In this document: piece after piece, positions 63,266 to 64,000 of the stretch
Layout: every line of letters starts with the position of its first letter
How positions within the stretch are numbered: the first letter of the stretch is position 1
Assembly: GCA_030704615.1 (NCBI GenBank)
Contig: CM060731.1
Coordinates: forward strand, 75,950,001-76,014,000
DNA from: Takakia lepidozioides
Taxonomy: Eukaryota; Plantae; Bryophyta
Direction: 5' to 3'
Length of the DNA stretch: 64,000 nt
Notes under the pieces: generated by a model
The model's input: only the letters and a program-made list of their open reading frames with translations
What the model was told of the DNA's origin: nothing
Database searches by the model: none
Position numbers and translations under genes: made by a program

Positions 63266-64000
63266 ATGGATTTGCAGATGCGCTGGAAGCTATCCAGGCC
63301 TCGTGACGAGCGAGCAGCTTCAAGCAATGGTACTAGGATTGACAGGAGTGAGGTTGAGGATTTCAACCTGGAAACTCTTCCCTCGGACGCTCCACCTGCA
63401 TCTCCGTACTTTTCAACGGAAGGTATGGGAACTGAAAAAGTTACAAGAAGTCCAAAAACACACAACTGGGAAGATAATGAGACAAGGAGTCTCATCAAAG
63501 CTAAAGGAATTGAATATATGCAGAATTTGCAGTCTGTGGATCCTCGTTCCAGGTTTGAGAGCGCAACATCAAAGTGGACCAAATGTGCCTTGTTCATTTT
63601 CAATGAAGGTTTCACACAACACAGCAGGACCTGGAAAATGTGCAAAAATAGGTGGAGACATCTACACAAAGGTTTCAAGCGCATCGCTGACCACCACAAA
63701 AGAACAGGTGTTGCTGAATCATACTGGACCATGACATCATCTGAGAGACTGCAAGAGCGACTGCCAGCCTCCTACCACAAACCTTACTATGACCTGATTG
63801 AAGACTTCCTTATAGAGCGTCCACAGCTTATAGACCTGAGCTCACCTCATGACAATGTGTATCGTCCAGACACATCACATCTACATATGGTGGGAGAAGA
63901 TGGTGAAGAGTTAAATCCAGATTCAGCACATACTCATGCACAAAATGTGAACTTCCCTGCTCAGTCGCTTGATTCCCTGCTCAGTCACATTTTTTACCTG
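63266..64000 (+). CDS. Trihelix / Myb-SANT-like DNA-binding protein (runs off the window; absent from the ORF track)
   Basis: ATG at 63266 is open to the window end: NWEDNETRSLIKAK...SKWTKCALFI...RTWKMCKNRWRHLHKGFKRIADH...ESYWTMTSSERLQERLPASYHKPYYDLIEDFL. Confidence 0.8.
   Translation, partial: MDLQMRWKLSRPRDERAASSNGTRIDRSEVEDFNLETLPSDAPPASPYFSTEGMGTEKVTRSPKTHNWEDNETRSLIKAKGIEYMQNLQSVDPRSRFESATSKWTKCALFIFNEGFTQHSRTWKMCKNRWRHLHKGFKRIADHHKRTGVAESYWTMTSSERLQERLPASYHKPYYDLIEDFLIERPQLIDLSSPHDNVYRPDTSHLHMVGEDGEELNPDSAHTHAQNVNFPAQSLDSLLSHIFYL

Overview
This is eukaryotic nuclear DNA, most likely from a seed-free land plant (bryophyte, lycophyte or fern; inferred from the PLS-DYW PPR style and the transposon families). 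The central block has three intron-rich host genes: a P2B Ca2+-ATPase (ACA, +), a WD40-repeat gene (-) and an armadillo-repeat kinesin (ARK, -). One ARK intron holds a near full-length LINE. The window ends carry paralogous PLS-PPR/DYW RNA-editing-factor loci: one intact, one decayed, plus a fragment. The main observation is that manual splicing joins OSB-type 'PDF' motifs (W..YF.DP.QWWDNR..K...PDFKHK....LWID.....WV...L) in frame to the N-terminus of the intact PPR-DYW protein. These motifs are known from organellar ssDNA-binding OSB proteins, and PDF exons lie upstream of all three PPR loci here. The second observation is a decayed ~11 kb DDE/MULE-like transposon region (about 5.0-16.1 kb). 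It carries RNA Pol II CTD-like heptads, two FCP1/NIF-like HAD domains, a ParB-like ORF and a recurring CG-rich palindrome. A trihelix/Myb-SANT ORF runs off the right end. All gene models were derived by eye and no database searches were run.
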